Below the pieces are notes generated by a model. That model searched no databases, had not been told where the DNA came from, and was given only the letters and a program-made list of their open reading frames with translations. DNA of 40,417 bases from an uncultured Planctomycetia bacterium (GTDB lineage: Bacteria > Omnitrophota > Gorgyraeia > JABMRG01), in contig CAZBNF010000003.1 of assembly GCA_964493115.1 (NCBI GenBank), positions 1-40,417 of the forward strand. Reading direction: 5' to 3'. The first letter of the stretch is position 1, and every line of letters begins with the position of its first letter. The position numbers were made by a program, and so were the translations under genes. Of this stretch, positions 8,635 to 17,268 are shown piece after piece.

Positions 8635-9716
8635 GAATAGACGATTATCTTAAACAGATGGATGAAAGGCATGCGTCTGATTTATATTTTAAGGTGGGAA
8701 GCACGCCTTATTTAAGAATAGATGATAACCTGGTGCCTGCGGCCAAAGAGAAACTTGAAATATCCGACCTTGACAGCATAATAGAATCGGTTTTAACAGG
8801 CGAACAAAAAAGGCATTTTGAGCTTACTAAAGAACTTGACGGAGCCTATAGTATTCCCGGATTAGGCAGGTTTCGTTTTAATGTATATGTACAGCGCTCA
8901 ACCAAGGCAATAACGTTTCGTTCCATCAAAAAAGAGATACCATCTTTTGCGGAACTTAATCTGCCTGTTGATATTTTACAGAATCTTTCATCACAAGGAA
9001 GAGGGCTTGTCCTCGTTACCGGGTATGCAGGAAGCGGTAAATCAACAACAATAGCCTCAATTGTAGATTATATAAATAAGAATTTTAGCAGGCACATAAT
9101 AACAATAGAAGACCCTATAGAGTTTGTATATACTGATAATAAATCAATAATCTCGCAGAGAGAGGTAGGCTCTGATACAATGGACTTTGACAGTGCCCTT
9201 AGGCACATAATAAGGCAAAGCCCGGATACTATAGTGATAGGCGAAATGCGCGATGCCGCTACTATGCAGACGGCTATTATGGCAGCTGAGACAGGGCATC
9301 TGGTTTTAAGCACCCTGCATACAGTGGATGCTACGCAAACAGTAGATAGGATCATAAATTTTTTTCCTGCGCACACCCATAGCCAGATAAGGATGCAGTT
9401 AAGCGAGTTATTAAAAGGTATTATATCCATGAGGCTTGTGCCGAGATCCGATGAACCCGGCAGGGTGCCTGCGTGCGAGATAATGGTGTCAACGCCTACT
9501 ATAAAAAAATATATAGCAGAAGGGAAAACCAATCAGCTCATGCCTTTAATAGAAGAGGGTAAACTTTTTGGCATGCGTTCTTTTAATCAGTCTCTTGCCG
9601 GATGGCTTAAAAGCGCTGTTATAAACAAAGAAACAGCGTTAAATTATGCTTCTAATCCTGATGAGCTGGCCCTTAAGCTTAAGGATATTCTATCCGGCAA
9701 CGGAAATCGCGCTTGA
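8631..9716 (+). CDS. PilT/PilU-family type IV pilus retraction ATPase (paralog 1)
   Basis: [18 protein letters not shown] is present. Walker A is [10 protein letters not shown]. The Asp box/Walker B is ITIEDPIEF...[10 protein letters not shown], and the His box is [10 protein letters not shown]. Confidence 0.85.
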   Translation: MRIDDYLKQMDERHASDLYFKVGSTPYLRIDDNLVPAAKEKLEISDLDSIIESVLTGEQKRHFELTKELDGAYSIPGLGRFRFNVYVQRSTKAITFRSIKKEIPSFAELNLPVDILQNLSSQGRGLVLVTGYAGSGKSTTIASIVDYINKNFSRHIITIEDPIEFVYTDNKSIISQREVGSDTMDFDSALRHIIRQSPDTIVIGEMRDAATMQTAIMAAETGHLVLSTLHTVDATQTVDRIINFFPAHTHSQIRMQLSELLKGIISMRLVPRSDEPGRVPACEIMVSTPTIKKYIAEGKTNQLMPLIEEGKLFGMRSFNQSLAGWLKSAVINKETALNYASNPDELALKLKDILSGNGNRA

Positions 9717-9765
9717 TGGAATATTTTTATAAACCAGTTCTTTTGATTTTATAGTTATAGTTATT

Positions 9766-9860
9766 CTTCCATGCCCTTGTCTCCGCAGCGATGGTATTTT
9801 TGCATAGATTGAAATCAAGGCAAAAAAAGCCAAATCGCTGCTCTGACAAAGGCATGGAAG
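9766..9860 (+). repeat. ~100-nt structured intergenic repeat, copy A
   Basis: Sequence: CTTCCATGCCCTTGTC TCC GCAGCGAT GG TATTTTTGC [ATAGATTGAAATCAAG] GCAAAAAAA GCCAA ATCGCTGC TCT GACAAAGGCATGGAAG. About 30 bp of pairing are arranged in four stacked stems. Confidence 0.85.
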
Positions 9861-9890
9861 GTATTGTGAATAACATATAAGGAGTATAAA

Positions 9891-10946
9891 ATGGCAAATG
9901 TTGATATAAAAGAATTGTTAAGATACGCGGTTGATAAAGATGCTTCTGACCTGCATTTTACAGAAGGCCTGCCCCCCACCTTGAGGATAGACGGGGTTTT
10001 ACAACATACAGCATATCCTGTATTGTCACGCGAAGACAGCAAAAGAATAATATATTCCATATTAAATGATGCCCAGAAAGTAAGATTTGAGACTGAACTT
10101 GAGTTGGATCTTTCTCTATATATACCCGACCTTTCCCGCTTCAGGGTAAATGTGCATATGCAAAGAGGAAGTATAGAAGCGGCTTTTAGGGTTATACCGT
10201 CAAGAATAAAGACAATAGAAGAGCTTGGCCTCCCTGCTATAGTAGCTGACCTCGCGAGAAAACCCAATGGCCTTGTCTTGGCCACAGGGCCTACGGGAAT
10301 GGGCAAAAGCACAACCCTTGCCGCTATGGTTGATCTTATAAATACCGAAAGGCAGGCCTTGATAATAAGCATAGAAGACCCCATCGAGTATGTGCATAAG
10401 AACAAAAAGAGTATTGTAAAACAAAGAGAAGTAGGCTCTGATACAAGAAGTTTTGCAAACGCATTAAAGCATGCTTTGCGCCAGGACCCGGATGTAATAC
10501 TTGTAGGTGAAATGAGAGACCTTGAAACCATATCAACAGCGATAACAGCTGCTGAAACAGGCCATCTTGTTTTGAGCACGCTTCATACCCCCGACGCCCC
10601 TCAGACAATAGACCGTTTAATAGATATATTTCCGCCTTATCAGCAGAAACAGATTATGATCCAGCTTGCGGGATCTTTGCAGGGTGTTATATGCCAGCAG
10701 CTTCTTCCCAGGAAAAACAGCACAGGCCGAGTGGTGGCCTGCGAGATAATGACAGTGACACCTGCCGTAAGAAGCCTTATAAGAGAGCAAAAGACAGAGC
10801 AGCTTTCAACGGTTATTCAGACAAACGCCAAAAATGGCATGGTGACAATGGATAAGACCTTAAAAAAGCTGTACGAAGCAGGCATAATAGACGAAGACAC
10901 TGTTAAATTCAAGGCAAAGGATAAAGGGGAATTTGATAAGTTATGA
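9891..10946 (+). CDS. pilT: Twitching motility ATPase PilT (paralog 2)
   Basis: Supported by ASDLHFTEGLPPTLRIDG, Walker A GPTGMGKSTT, ISIEDPIEYV, DVILVGEMRD and [18 protein letters not shown] precedes the start. Confidence 0.9.
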   Translation: MANVDIKELLRYAVDKDASDLHFTEGLPPTLRIDGVLQHTAYPVLSREDSKRIIYSILNDAQKVRFETELELDLSLYIPDLSRFRVNVHMQRGSIEAAFRVIPSRIKTIEELGLPAIVADLARKPNGLVLATGPTGMGKSTTLAAMVDLINTERQALIISIEDPIEYVHKNKKSIVKQREVGSDTRSFANALKHALRQDPDVILVGEMRDLETISTAITAAETGHLVLSTLHTPDAPQTIDRLIDIFPPYQQKQIMIQLAGSLQGVICQQLLPRKNSTGRVVACEIMTVTPAVRSLIREQKTEQLSTVIQTNAKNGMVTMDKTLKKLYEAGIIDEDTVKFKAKDKGEFDKL

Positions 10947-11914
10947 CTAAAATAAAAAGAATAGCTTTCTTAACAAGCGGCGGAGACTGCGCGGGAATGA
11001 ATACCGCGATTAGGAGCATTACAAGGACAGCCGTATATTATGGGATAAAACCCTTTGCTGTAATGTATGGGTACAAGGGGCTTATGAATGGTGATTTCAA
11101 AGAATTTAACAGGCGCTCTGTAAGCAGTATTATAAATTTAGGAGGCACTATAATAAAGACCGCGCGTTCAGAGGAGTTTATGACAAAAAAGGGGCGCGCT
11201 AAAGCTGTTAGAAACTTAAAGCGGCATAAAATAGATGGCCTTGTTGTTATAGGAGGAAATGGTTCATTTCAGGGGGCTCATGCCTTGTGCAATGAATCAG
11301 ACATAAAGTGCATCGGCGTACCGGGCACAATAGATAATGACATAAATGGGACAGACTTTACCATAGGTTCTTTTACCGCTGTAGGCGTTGCCCTTGACGC
11401 GATAGATAAGATAAGAGATACTGCCACAAGCCTTGAGAGGATATTTGTCGTAGAGGTAATGGGGAGAGAAAGTGGTTATATAGCAATGAGGGTTGCGCTT
11501 GCAGGGGGCGCGGAAGATGTACTTTTGCCTGAAACAAAGCCAGATCTCAATGGCATATGCAGAGAGATAAAATCAGCTTATAAAAAAGGCAAGGTGAGCT
11601 GGATACTTATAGTAGCCGAAGGCGCTGGACATGGCCATAAAATAGCAGAAAGAATTGAAAATATAACAGGATATGAGACAAGGGTCACTGTGCTTGGGCA
11701 TATACAAAGAGGAGGCGCTCCAAACGCTATAGACAGAATTCTTGCCTCTCGCCTTGGCTCAGCAGCAGTAACAGCCCTTATGGATGGTGAAACAGATAAG
11801 ATGGTAGGTATTGTTTCAAATAGAGTAGTCTTAACTGATTTTGCGATAGCATGCAGGAAAAAGAAAGAATCCGATGAAGAGCTTTATAAGCTCTTAAAAA
11901 TATTAGAGGCCTGA
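10943..11914 (+). CDS. pfkA: 6-phosphofructokinase
   Basis: Supported by IAFLTSGGDCAGMNTAIRS, LVVIGGNGSFQGA, GVPGTIDNDINGTDFTIG and VLGHIQRGG. Confidence 0.9.
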   Translation: MTKIKRIAFLTSGGDCAGMNTAIRSITRTAVYYGIKPFAVMYGYKGLMNGDFKEFNRRSVSSIINLGGTIIKTARSEEFMTKKGRAKAVRNLKRHKIDGLVVIGGNGSFQGAHALCNESDIKCIGVPGTIDNDINGTDFTIGSFTAVGVALDAIDKIRDTATSLERIFVVEVMGRESGYIAMRVALAGGAEDVLLPETKPDLNGICREIKSAYKKGKVSWILIVAEGAGHGHKIAERIENITGYETRVTVLGHIQRGGAPNAIDRILASRLGSAAVTALMDGETDKMVGIVSNRVVLTDFAIACRKKKESDEELYKLLKILEA

Positions 11915-12012
11915 CAAGGCTTAACAGAAGTCCTGCCGCAATTATTACAAAATCCTGATATTAAAGAATTCTAATTATTCTCTAGTATATAATAAAAATA
12001 GGTATATATATC

Positions 12013-14106
12013 ATGATAGAACGTATGATGATGCTTGTTATTCAGCTTGGATTGATAATATTTGCCGCGCGTATAGGCGGATTGATATTTGAGCGACTTC
12101 GTATGCCGGCGATTATTGGGGAAATAACGGCTGGTATTATCATAGGGCCATATCTTTTAGGAGGCGTTAATATACCGGGGCTTGGACAGTCCTTGTTTAC
12201 TGTATATGGAGATTTTCCTATATCTTTTGAGTTATATGGCTTTACTACCGTTGCTTCTATAGTGCTTCTTTTTATAGTAGGCCTTGAAACAGATCTTGAG
12301 ATGTTTATGAAATACTCGCTAGTAGGGTCATTAGTTGGCATAGGAGGGGTAGTCGTATCGTTTATATTTGGCAACCTTACAGCTGTTTTTCTTTCAAAAT
12401 ATCTTTTTGGCGTTCAGTACGGATTTTCGCATCCGGTAAGTTTATTTTTAGGCGTAATATCAACAGCTACATCAGTTGGCATAACGGCGCGCATATTATC
12501 TGAAAAGAAAAAAATGCAGTCCCCTGAAGGAGTGACTATCATATCAGGCGCTGTTATTGATGATATATTAGGTATAATCGCCTTGGCTATTGTAATAGGA
12601 ATAGCAAAAAGCGGGCATTTCGAATGGCATAAGGTCACAGGTATTGCCATAAAATCAATTCTTATATGGATGGGTTTTACGTTAACCGGCATATTCTTCT
12701 CAAAGCATATCAGCCTGTTCTTAAAGAAATTTAAAGATACAACTACTATAACTGTGATGAGTCTTGGGATGGCTCTTATTCTTGCAGGAATTTTTGAAAA
12801 GGCCGGGCTAGCCATGATTATAGGGGCCTATGTTATGGGGCTGTCTTTATCAAGGACAGATTTGGATTACGCTATACAGGAAAAACTCTCAACCATACAT
12901 AGATTTTTTGTGCCGATATTTTTCTGTGTAATGGGGATGATGGTTGATCTTTCGACGCTGACCTCATTGCATGTAATATTTTTTGGCCTTGTTTATACAG
13001 TGGCAGGCATTATTGGAAAGATAATAGGTTGTGGTTTACCGGCTCTGTTTTTAAATTTTAATGCCAGAGGTGCTTTGCGCGTAGGGCTTGGCATGACTCC
13101 GCGCGGGGAGGTAACACTTCTTATAGCGAGCATAGGCTTAACCGCAGGCATTCTTGGCCAGGAGGCTATTGGGGCCATAGTTATGATGACTATAATAACA
13201 GCACTTATAGCCCCCGCCATGCTTTCAGCTTCTCTAAAATCCGATAAACCTGTTCTAAAAAAACCAAAGCCTGTGAGAGACAAAACCAAAAATATCAGGT
13301 TTGAAATGCCCACGCCTGATACTTCAGAATTGATATTAAGTAAAATAGTTACAGCGTTCAATAACGAAGGCTTCTTTGTGCATAGGCTTGATACGGACCA
13401 AAGAGAAGTAAAATTGTTTCAGATAAGAAAAGATCAGGCATTTATAGTTATGAGGGCATCTTACGAATTTATAGAATTTGATTGCAAGCATGAAGATAGC
13501 ATTTTTATAAATACTCTTATATATGAGGTTATTGGTGATTTGGAAAATACTATGCATCAACTTCAGACGCTCATAGACAGCAGATCGATGGGCAAAAAGA
13601 TATTTATGGATCAACCGGTTAAGGTATCGTCAAATAATAAAATGGTAGGAAGGATATACCCTAATGCTGTTAAAGTAAATTTAACAGCAACGGATAAAAA
13701 AGCCGTTATAGAAGAGATGGTAGAGGTTGTTATAGCGTCAGGACAGCTTAAGGGAGATAAAAAAACAGATGTCCTTAAAGCCATCATGGAGCGGGAAGAG
13801 ACAATGTCCACTGGTATGCAATATGGTATAGCTATGCCTCATGCGAAAACAGACGCTGTAGGCAATATAATATGCGCTTTAGGCATAAAAAGAGAAGGCA
13901 TTGACTTCAAATCCTTAGATGGTGAAACATCTAAGATATTTGTAATGATACTATCACCAAGAGACGGTACAGGTCCGCACATAAGGCTCATGGCTGATAT
14001 AAGCCAGATTCTTACGGATGCCAATTTTAGACAGCGACTTTTAAGCGCCAAGGACGATAAAGAGGCCTTTGCTATTTTTACCCAGAGCAGCGTTTTAAAA
14101 GCTTAA
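12013..14106 (+). CDS. CPA2-type cation:proton antiporter fused to a C-terminal PTS EIIA (Ntr-type) domain
   Basis: The first ~400 aa are polytopic membrane sequence, Kef/Na_H-exchanger-like (GEITAGIIIGPYLLG, VGLETDL). The last ~150 aa are an EIIA domain with GIAMPHAKT and ILSPRDGTGPHIRLMADISQIL, which parallels PtsN at 1591. Confidence 0.8.
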   Translation: MIERMMMLVIQLGLIIFAARIGGLIFERLRMPAIIGEITAGIIIGPYLLGGVNIPGLGQSLFTVYGDFPISFELYGFTTVASIVLLFIVGLETDLEMFMKYSLVGSLVGIGGVVVSFIFGNLTAVFLSKYLFGVQYGFSHPVSLFLGVISTATSVGITARILSEKKKMQSPEGVTIISGAVIDDILGIIALAIVIGIAKSGHFEWHKVTGIAIKSILIWMGFTLTGIFFSKHISLFLKKFKDTTTITVMSLGMALILAGIFEKAGLAMIIGAYVMGLSLSRTDLDYAIQEKLSTIHRFFVPIFFCVMGMMVDLSTLTSLHVIFFGLVYTVAGIIGKIIGCGLPALFLNFNARGALRVGLGMTPRGEVTLLIASIGLTAGILGQEAIGAIVMMTIITALIAPAMLSASLKSDKPVLKKPKPVRDKTKNIRFEMPTPDTSELILSKIVTAFNNEGFFVHRLDTDQREVKLFQIRKDQAFIVMRASYEFIEFDCKHEDSIFINTLIYEVIGDLENTMHQLQTLIDSRSMGKKIFMDQPVKVSSNNKMVGRIYPNAVKVNLTATDKKAVIEEMVEVVIASGQLKGDKKTDVLKAIMEREETMSTGMQYGIAMPHAKTDAVGNIICALGIKREGIDFKSLDGETSKIFVMILSPRDGTGPHIRLMADISQILTDANFRQRLLSAKDDKEAFAIFTQSSVLKA

Positions 14107-15184
14107 AAGCTATTAGAAGGAACAATATGTTTGGAAGATGAGCAGCAACTAGAGGAGGCAACAGCCCGCCTTTTCCCATAGCAAGCACTACATATATTGA
14201 CCCGTAGTATAATAATCCGATAAATATGCTCGTTCCTATTCCTGACATTGCCCCGCCTCTTTTTGTTGAAAGGGCGAATGGTATCCCAAGCAGCATTATT
14301 ATGATGGAGACAAACGGCAGTGCTGTTTTAAAATAAAGGTCTGTTTTCATGCTCTTTAATATCTTTGAATTTGAGCCCGATAGCCTGTCTATGTGACTTT
14401 TAAGCTCCTTATAACTCATATACTCCGCCTGAAATTCATATCCCTGAAGCTGCTGAGGAGTTTCTGCCAGGTCTATGATTTTTTCCTTAAATACAAGTGG
14501 ATTGCCCGAAGATTTTCCTGCCTTGTCAAATCTATATATTATGCAGTCATAAAAAGTCCATTTCTCATTTTCCCACGAAGCTTTCCCTGCCAGTATTTTT
14601 CTGCGCAGTTTATGTTCGTTATTGCGTTCAATTATTATTATGCCTGTTAAACTATTGTTTTCAAGGCTCAAGCTTTGAGCGTAAACGAGCTGGTTTTTTT
14701 TACTGTAAAATGTAAGGTCCTCTATTAAAGAGGCTTTTTTAGCACCCCCGTATCTTGATTTTATGTATTCTGATTTTATCCTTTCAGCTTTTATCATGCC
14801 ATTGGGTACGGCGGTCTCGTTCATAATAAAGTTCAGCAAACCCAGAATCACGGACATGATAAATATAGGCAGGAGAAGCCCTCTTATGCTGATGCCGCAG
14901 GCTTTAGCAGCGGTTAGCTCATTATTTTTATTAAACGCACTCAGCATGTATACAATAGCTAAGAGTGATGCAATTGGCAGGGTTTGCACGAATATTGTAG
15001 GCATGAATGATCCGTAGTATTGAAACAGTATTGCGATAGGTACCTTATTCTGCAGTATATCCTCTAAATTACCGAATATGTCCGCTATCACATATAGAAA
15101 CATAAATAAAAACAGGCAGTATATGAGAGGCAGAAGAAAGTTTTTTGTAAGGTATCTATCAAATATCTTCATATAGTACAGCAC
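14078..15184 (-). CDS. lptG: LPS export ABC permease LptG (YjgP/YjgQ family)
   Basis: MKIFDRYLTKNFL is a typical LptF/G N-terminus. The protein has 6 predicted TM segments and a periplasmic beta-jellyroll insert, and the gene directly follows lptF. The alternative start at 15172 (MKIF) is equally plausible. Confidence 0.8.
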   Translation of the reverse strand: MLYYMKIFDRYLTKNFLLPLIYCLFLFMFLYVIADIFGNLEDILQNKVPIAILFQYYGSFMPTIFVQTLPIASLLAIVYMLSAFNKNNELTAAKACGISIRGLLLPIFIMSVILGLLNFIMNETAVPNGMIKAERIKSEYIKSRYGGAKKASLIEDLTFYSKKNQLVYAQSLSLENNSLTGIIIIERNNEHKLRRKILAGKASWENEKWTFYDCIIYRFDKAGKSSGNPLVFKEKIIDLAETPQQLQGYEFQAEYMSYKELKSHIDRLSGSNSKILKSMKTDLYFKTALPFVSIIIMLLGIPFALSTKRGGAMSGIGTSIFIGLLYYGSIYVVLAMGKGGLLPPLVAAHLPNILFLLIAFKLLKRCSG

Positions 15185-16303
15185 TCATTGTTCTATAACA
15201 ATAGATGTTAATATTATACCTGTTATGAAATAAATTAAGTTTGCCATCCATACACCAAATATCGCGGGCACCATACCGCGCAATGACAAAGCCATGCCGC
15301 CGAAGAGTATAAGATAGTATAAAGTTAAAATTATTAAACTCATAGCAAAGCCAACTGATTTTTCCCGTTTCTTTGTATTTATCGCCAATGGAAGCGCTAC
15401 CAGCACGAAAACAAAACTCGAAAATGCCATTGCTATTTTTCTGTGTATTTCTGTGAGCCTCTCATTAATCTCTTTTATTATGTGCTCAGAACTGCCGCCG
15501 GATGCTTTTAATTTGGCAATATTCTCTTTCAATTCCTTTATTGTCATTGATTTTGGCTTTACTTTTTTTATATCATCCAATGAAATATCTTTGTCCAGAT
15601 CGAGCGTCATATCGTAGGTTTTAAAATTAAGCTTGTAAAATATACTGGGATCCTGCGGGTTTGGCTCATCGACCGAGCCATTGGACAGCCTTAATGTTAT
15701 AACCCCTTTGTTCAGGTGAGTTATAAATTCCCCGCTTTCCGCTATAACAGTCCTGGTAGGGCCTTTATCCTGCAGCTGGTATATGAGTATGCCCTCAAGG
15801 TTTTTCCCTTCTATTTTATCAATCCTTACTATATAACCTTTAAACGTTTTAATAAATATCCCAGGCTCAAGATATGCCGAAGGGTTCTTTAAGGCAACGC
15901 TTTTTACCAGCCTGTAAGAGGCAAAGTGCGAGGCAGGCAGAATCCTGTCGTTTAAATATACCGAGGCAAGGCTTATTAAAAACGCAAGGACAACTACCGG
16001 AAGGCCTATCCTGTAAAGACTTATGCCGCTTGCCTTCATGGCAGTTACTTCATTGTCAGAGGCAAGCCTGCCGAAACAAACCATTGTTGCCGTCAATATA
16101 GCCATGGGTATGGTATAGCTTAAAATGTAAGGAATTAAATATAAAAAAAGTCTGATTACATCTATAATGTCTACGCCCTTATTTATCATAAGATCGGCAA
16201 GTTTAAAGATATTGCCGACTAAAAGAACAAATGTAAATACTGCCAGCGAACCAATCAACGGGCCGGCAATTTCTTTTAATATGTAGTTTCTTAATATTCT
16301 CAT
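15185..16303 (-). CDS. lptF: LPS export ABC permease LptF (YjgP/YjgQ family)
   Basis: The N-terminus is MRILRNYILKEIAGPLIGSLAVFTFVLL. The architecture matches lptG and the gene lies adjacent to it. Confidence 0.8.
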   Translation of the reverse strand: MRILRNYILKEIAGPLIGSLAVFTFVLLVGNIFKLADLMINKGVDIIDVIRLFLYLIPYILSYTIPMAILTATMVCFGRLASDNEVTAMKASGISLYRIGLPVVVLAFLISLASVYLNDRILPASHFASYRLVKSVALKNPSAYLEPGIFIKTFKGYIVRIDKIEGKNLEGILIYQLQDKGPTRTVIAESGEFITHLNKGVITLRLSNGSVDEPNPQDPSIFYKLNFKTYDMTLDLDKDISLDDIKKVKPKSMTIKELKENIAKLKASGGSSEHIIKEINERLTEIHRKIAMAFSSFVFVLVALPLAINTKKREKSVGFAMSLIILTLYYLILFGGMALSLRGMVPAIFGVWMANLIYFITGIILTSIVIEQ

Positions 16304-16309
16304 AGCCTG

Positions 16310-16987
16310 TTAGGTACCCTTTGCAAGTGTCAGCGCCAAGATTGAACTTGCCCCGTATAAATTTAATGTTCTCGCGCATTCATTTATTGTGGCGCCTGTA
16401 GTGAATACATCATCTATAACAAGAATGCATTTATTATGAAAACAGCCCTGCTCTTTGCATGAAAAGGCATTTTTTATATTGTTTAATCTTTCGGTTCTTT
16501 TAAGGCCTGCCTGGGCCCGGGTTATTTTAGATTTTATAAGAGTATTTTCGAAAGCTGTATTTATTTTTTCTGAAAGCCCTTTTGCCAGTATGGCGGACTG
16601 ATTAAAGCCCCTTTTTCTTTCATCCGCACGGTGCATAGGCACAGGCATTACTATGTCTATCTTCTCTGATACCATCTTTGTAATGAACAGATTATGCAAT
16701 AAACCGATAAAGGCGTTTTTGAGAAATATCTTTTTATTGTATTTAAATTTGTGTATCAGTTCTTTTATCAAGCCGTCGTATTGACAACAGTGATAAGCCC
16801 TTTTGATAAAAAGCAGGCCCTCTCCTGATGTACAAGAGGAGATAGCGGGATTGCTTAGTTTTTCGAAGCACTTCTGGCACAGCGAAAAGTTGTTATCGTA
16901 TTCCAGCGGCGTTTCGCATCCCTGGCAGTATAGGGGAAATATTAAGTTTAAAGCGGCTTTGGGTATTTCGGAAAAGGTTTGCTTCAT
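16310..16987 (-). CDS. comF: ComF-family phosphoribosyltransferase-domain protein
   Basis: An N-terminal zinc ribbon (CQGCETPL...CQKC) is combined with the C-terminal PRTase motif ILVIDDVFTTGATINE. Confidence 0.8.
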   Translation of the reverse strand: MKQTFSEIPKAALNLIFPLYCQGCETPLEYDNNFSLCQKCFEKLSNPAISSCTSGEGLLFIKRAYHCCQYDGLIKELIHKFKYNKKIFLKNAFIGLLHNLFITKMVSEKIDIVMPVPMHRADERKRGFNQSAILAKGLSEKINTAFENTLIKSKITRAQAGLKRTERLNNIKNAFSCKEQGCFHNKCILVIDDVFTTGATINECARTLNLYGASSILALTLAKGT

Positions 16988-17057
16988 ACTTCGATACTAT
17001 ACCATCAAACAATTCCCTTGTCAACGCTCGCTTACATGCTTACTACGCTCTATAAGT

Positions 17058-17161
17058 ATAGCGTTTATACCTTTGCCTCCACAGCGATGGTATTTTTGCA
17101 TATATTTAAAATCAAGGCAAAAAAAGCCAAATCGCTGCTTCGGCAAATGTATAAACGCTAT
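17058..17161 (+). repeat. ~100-nt structured intergenic repeat, copy B
   Basis: Sequence: ATAGCGTTTATACCTTTGCC TCC ACAGCGAT GG TATTTTTGC [ATATATTTAAAATCAAG] GCAAAAAAA GCCAA ATCGCTGC TTC GGCAAATGTATAAACGCTAT. The outer arms differ from copy A but still pair with each other. Confidence 0.85.
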
Positions 17162-17185
17162 TATTGTCGTCTACGTATTTTTTGC

Positions 17186-17213
17186 TTGCATATCTTCTAT
17201 TTTTGCATATAAT
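17186..17213 (+). promoter_or_regulatory. Candidate sigma70-type promoter for fba
   Basis: TTGCAT at 17186-17191 is followed by a 16-nt spacer and TATAAT at 17208-17213, 55 nt upstream of the fba ATG. Identified by pattern match only. Confidence 0.35.
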
Positions 17214-17268
17214 AGTCTTATCTTTCCTAACAAAACACAAATATATAAAAAAAGAAAGGGGTAGGATT

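Noticed and set aside
9766-9860. Interpretation of the structured repeats as integron attC sites, MITEs or intrinsic terminators
   Set aside because: Against attC: the flanking genes are housekeeping, there is no integrase, and there are no R'/R'' core sites (GTTRRRY/RYYYAAC). Against a MITE: I could find no consistent target-site duplication, and the outer arms differ between copies. Against a terminator: no T-tract follows, and copy B lies between divergent genes. MITE-like mobility is not fully excluded.
11915-12012. Promoter upstream of the antiporter gene (TATAAT at 11987-11992)
   Set aside because: There is no acceptable -35 hexamer at 16-18 nt spacing, and TATAAT-like strings are frequent in this AT-rich DNA. 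This is not strong enough to call.
16803-17264. ORFs 16803-17264 (+) and 16979-17212 (+) covering repeat copy B; possibility that the ~100-nt repeat encodes a peptide (..QRWYFC..)
   Set aside because: The reading frame is not preserved between copies, since copy A has TAG at 9804-9806 immediately after QRWYFCI. The ORFs also overlap comF in antisense. The conservation pattern is base-pairing, not codon-based.
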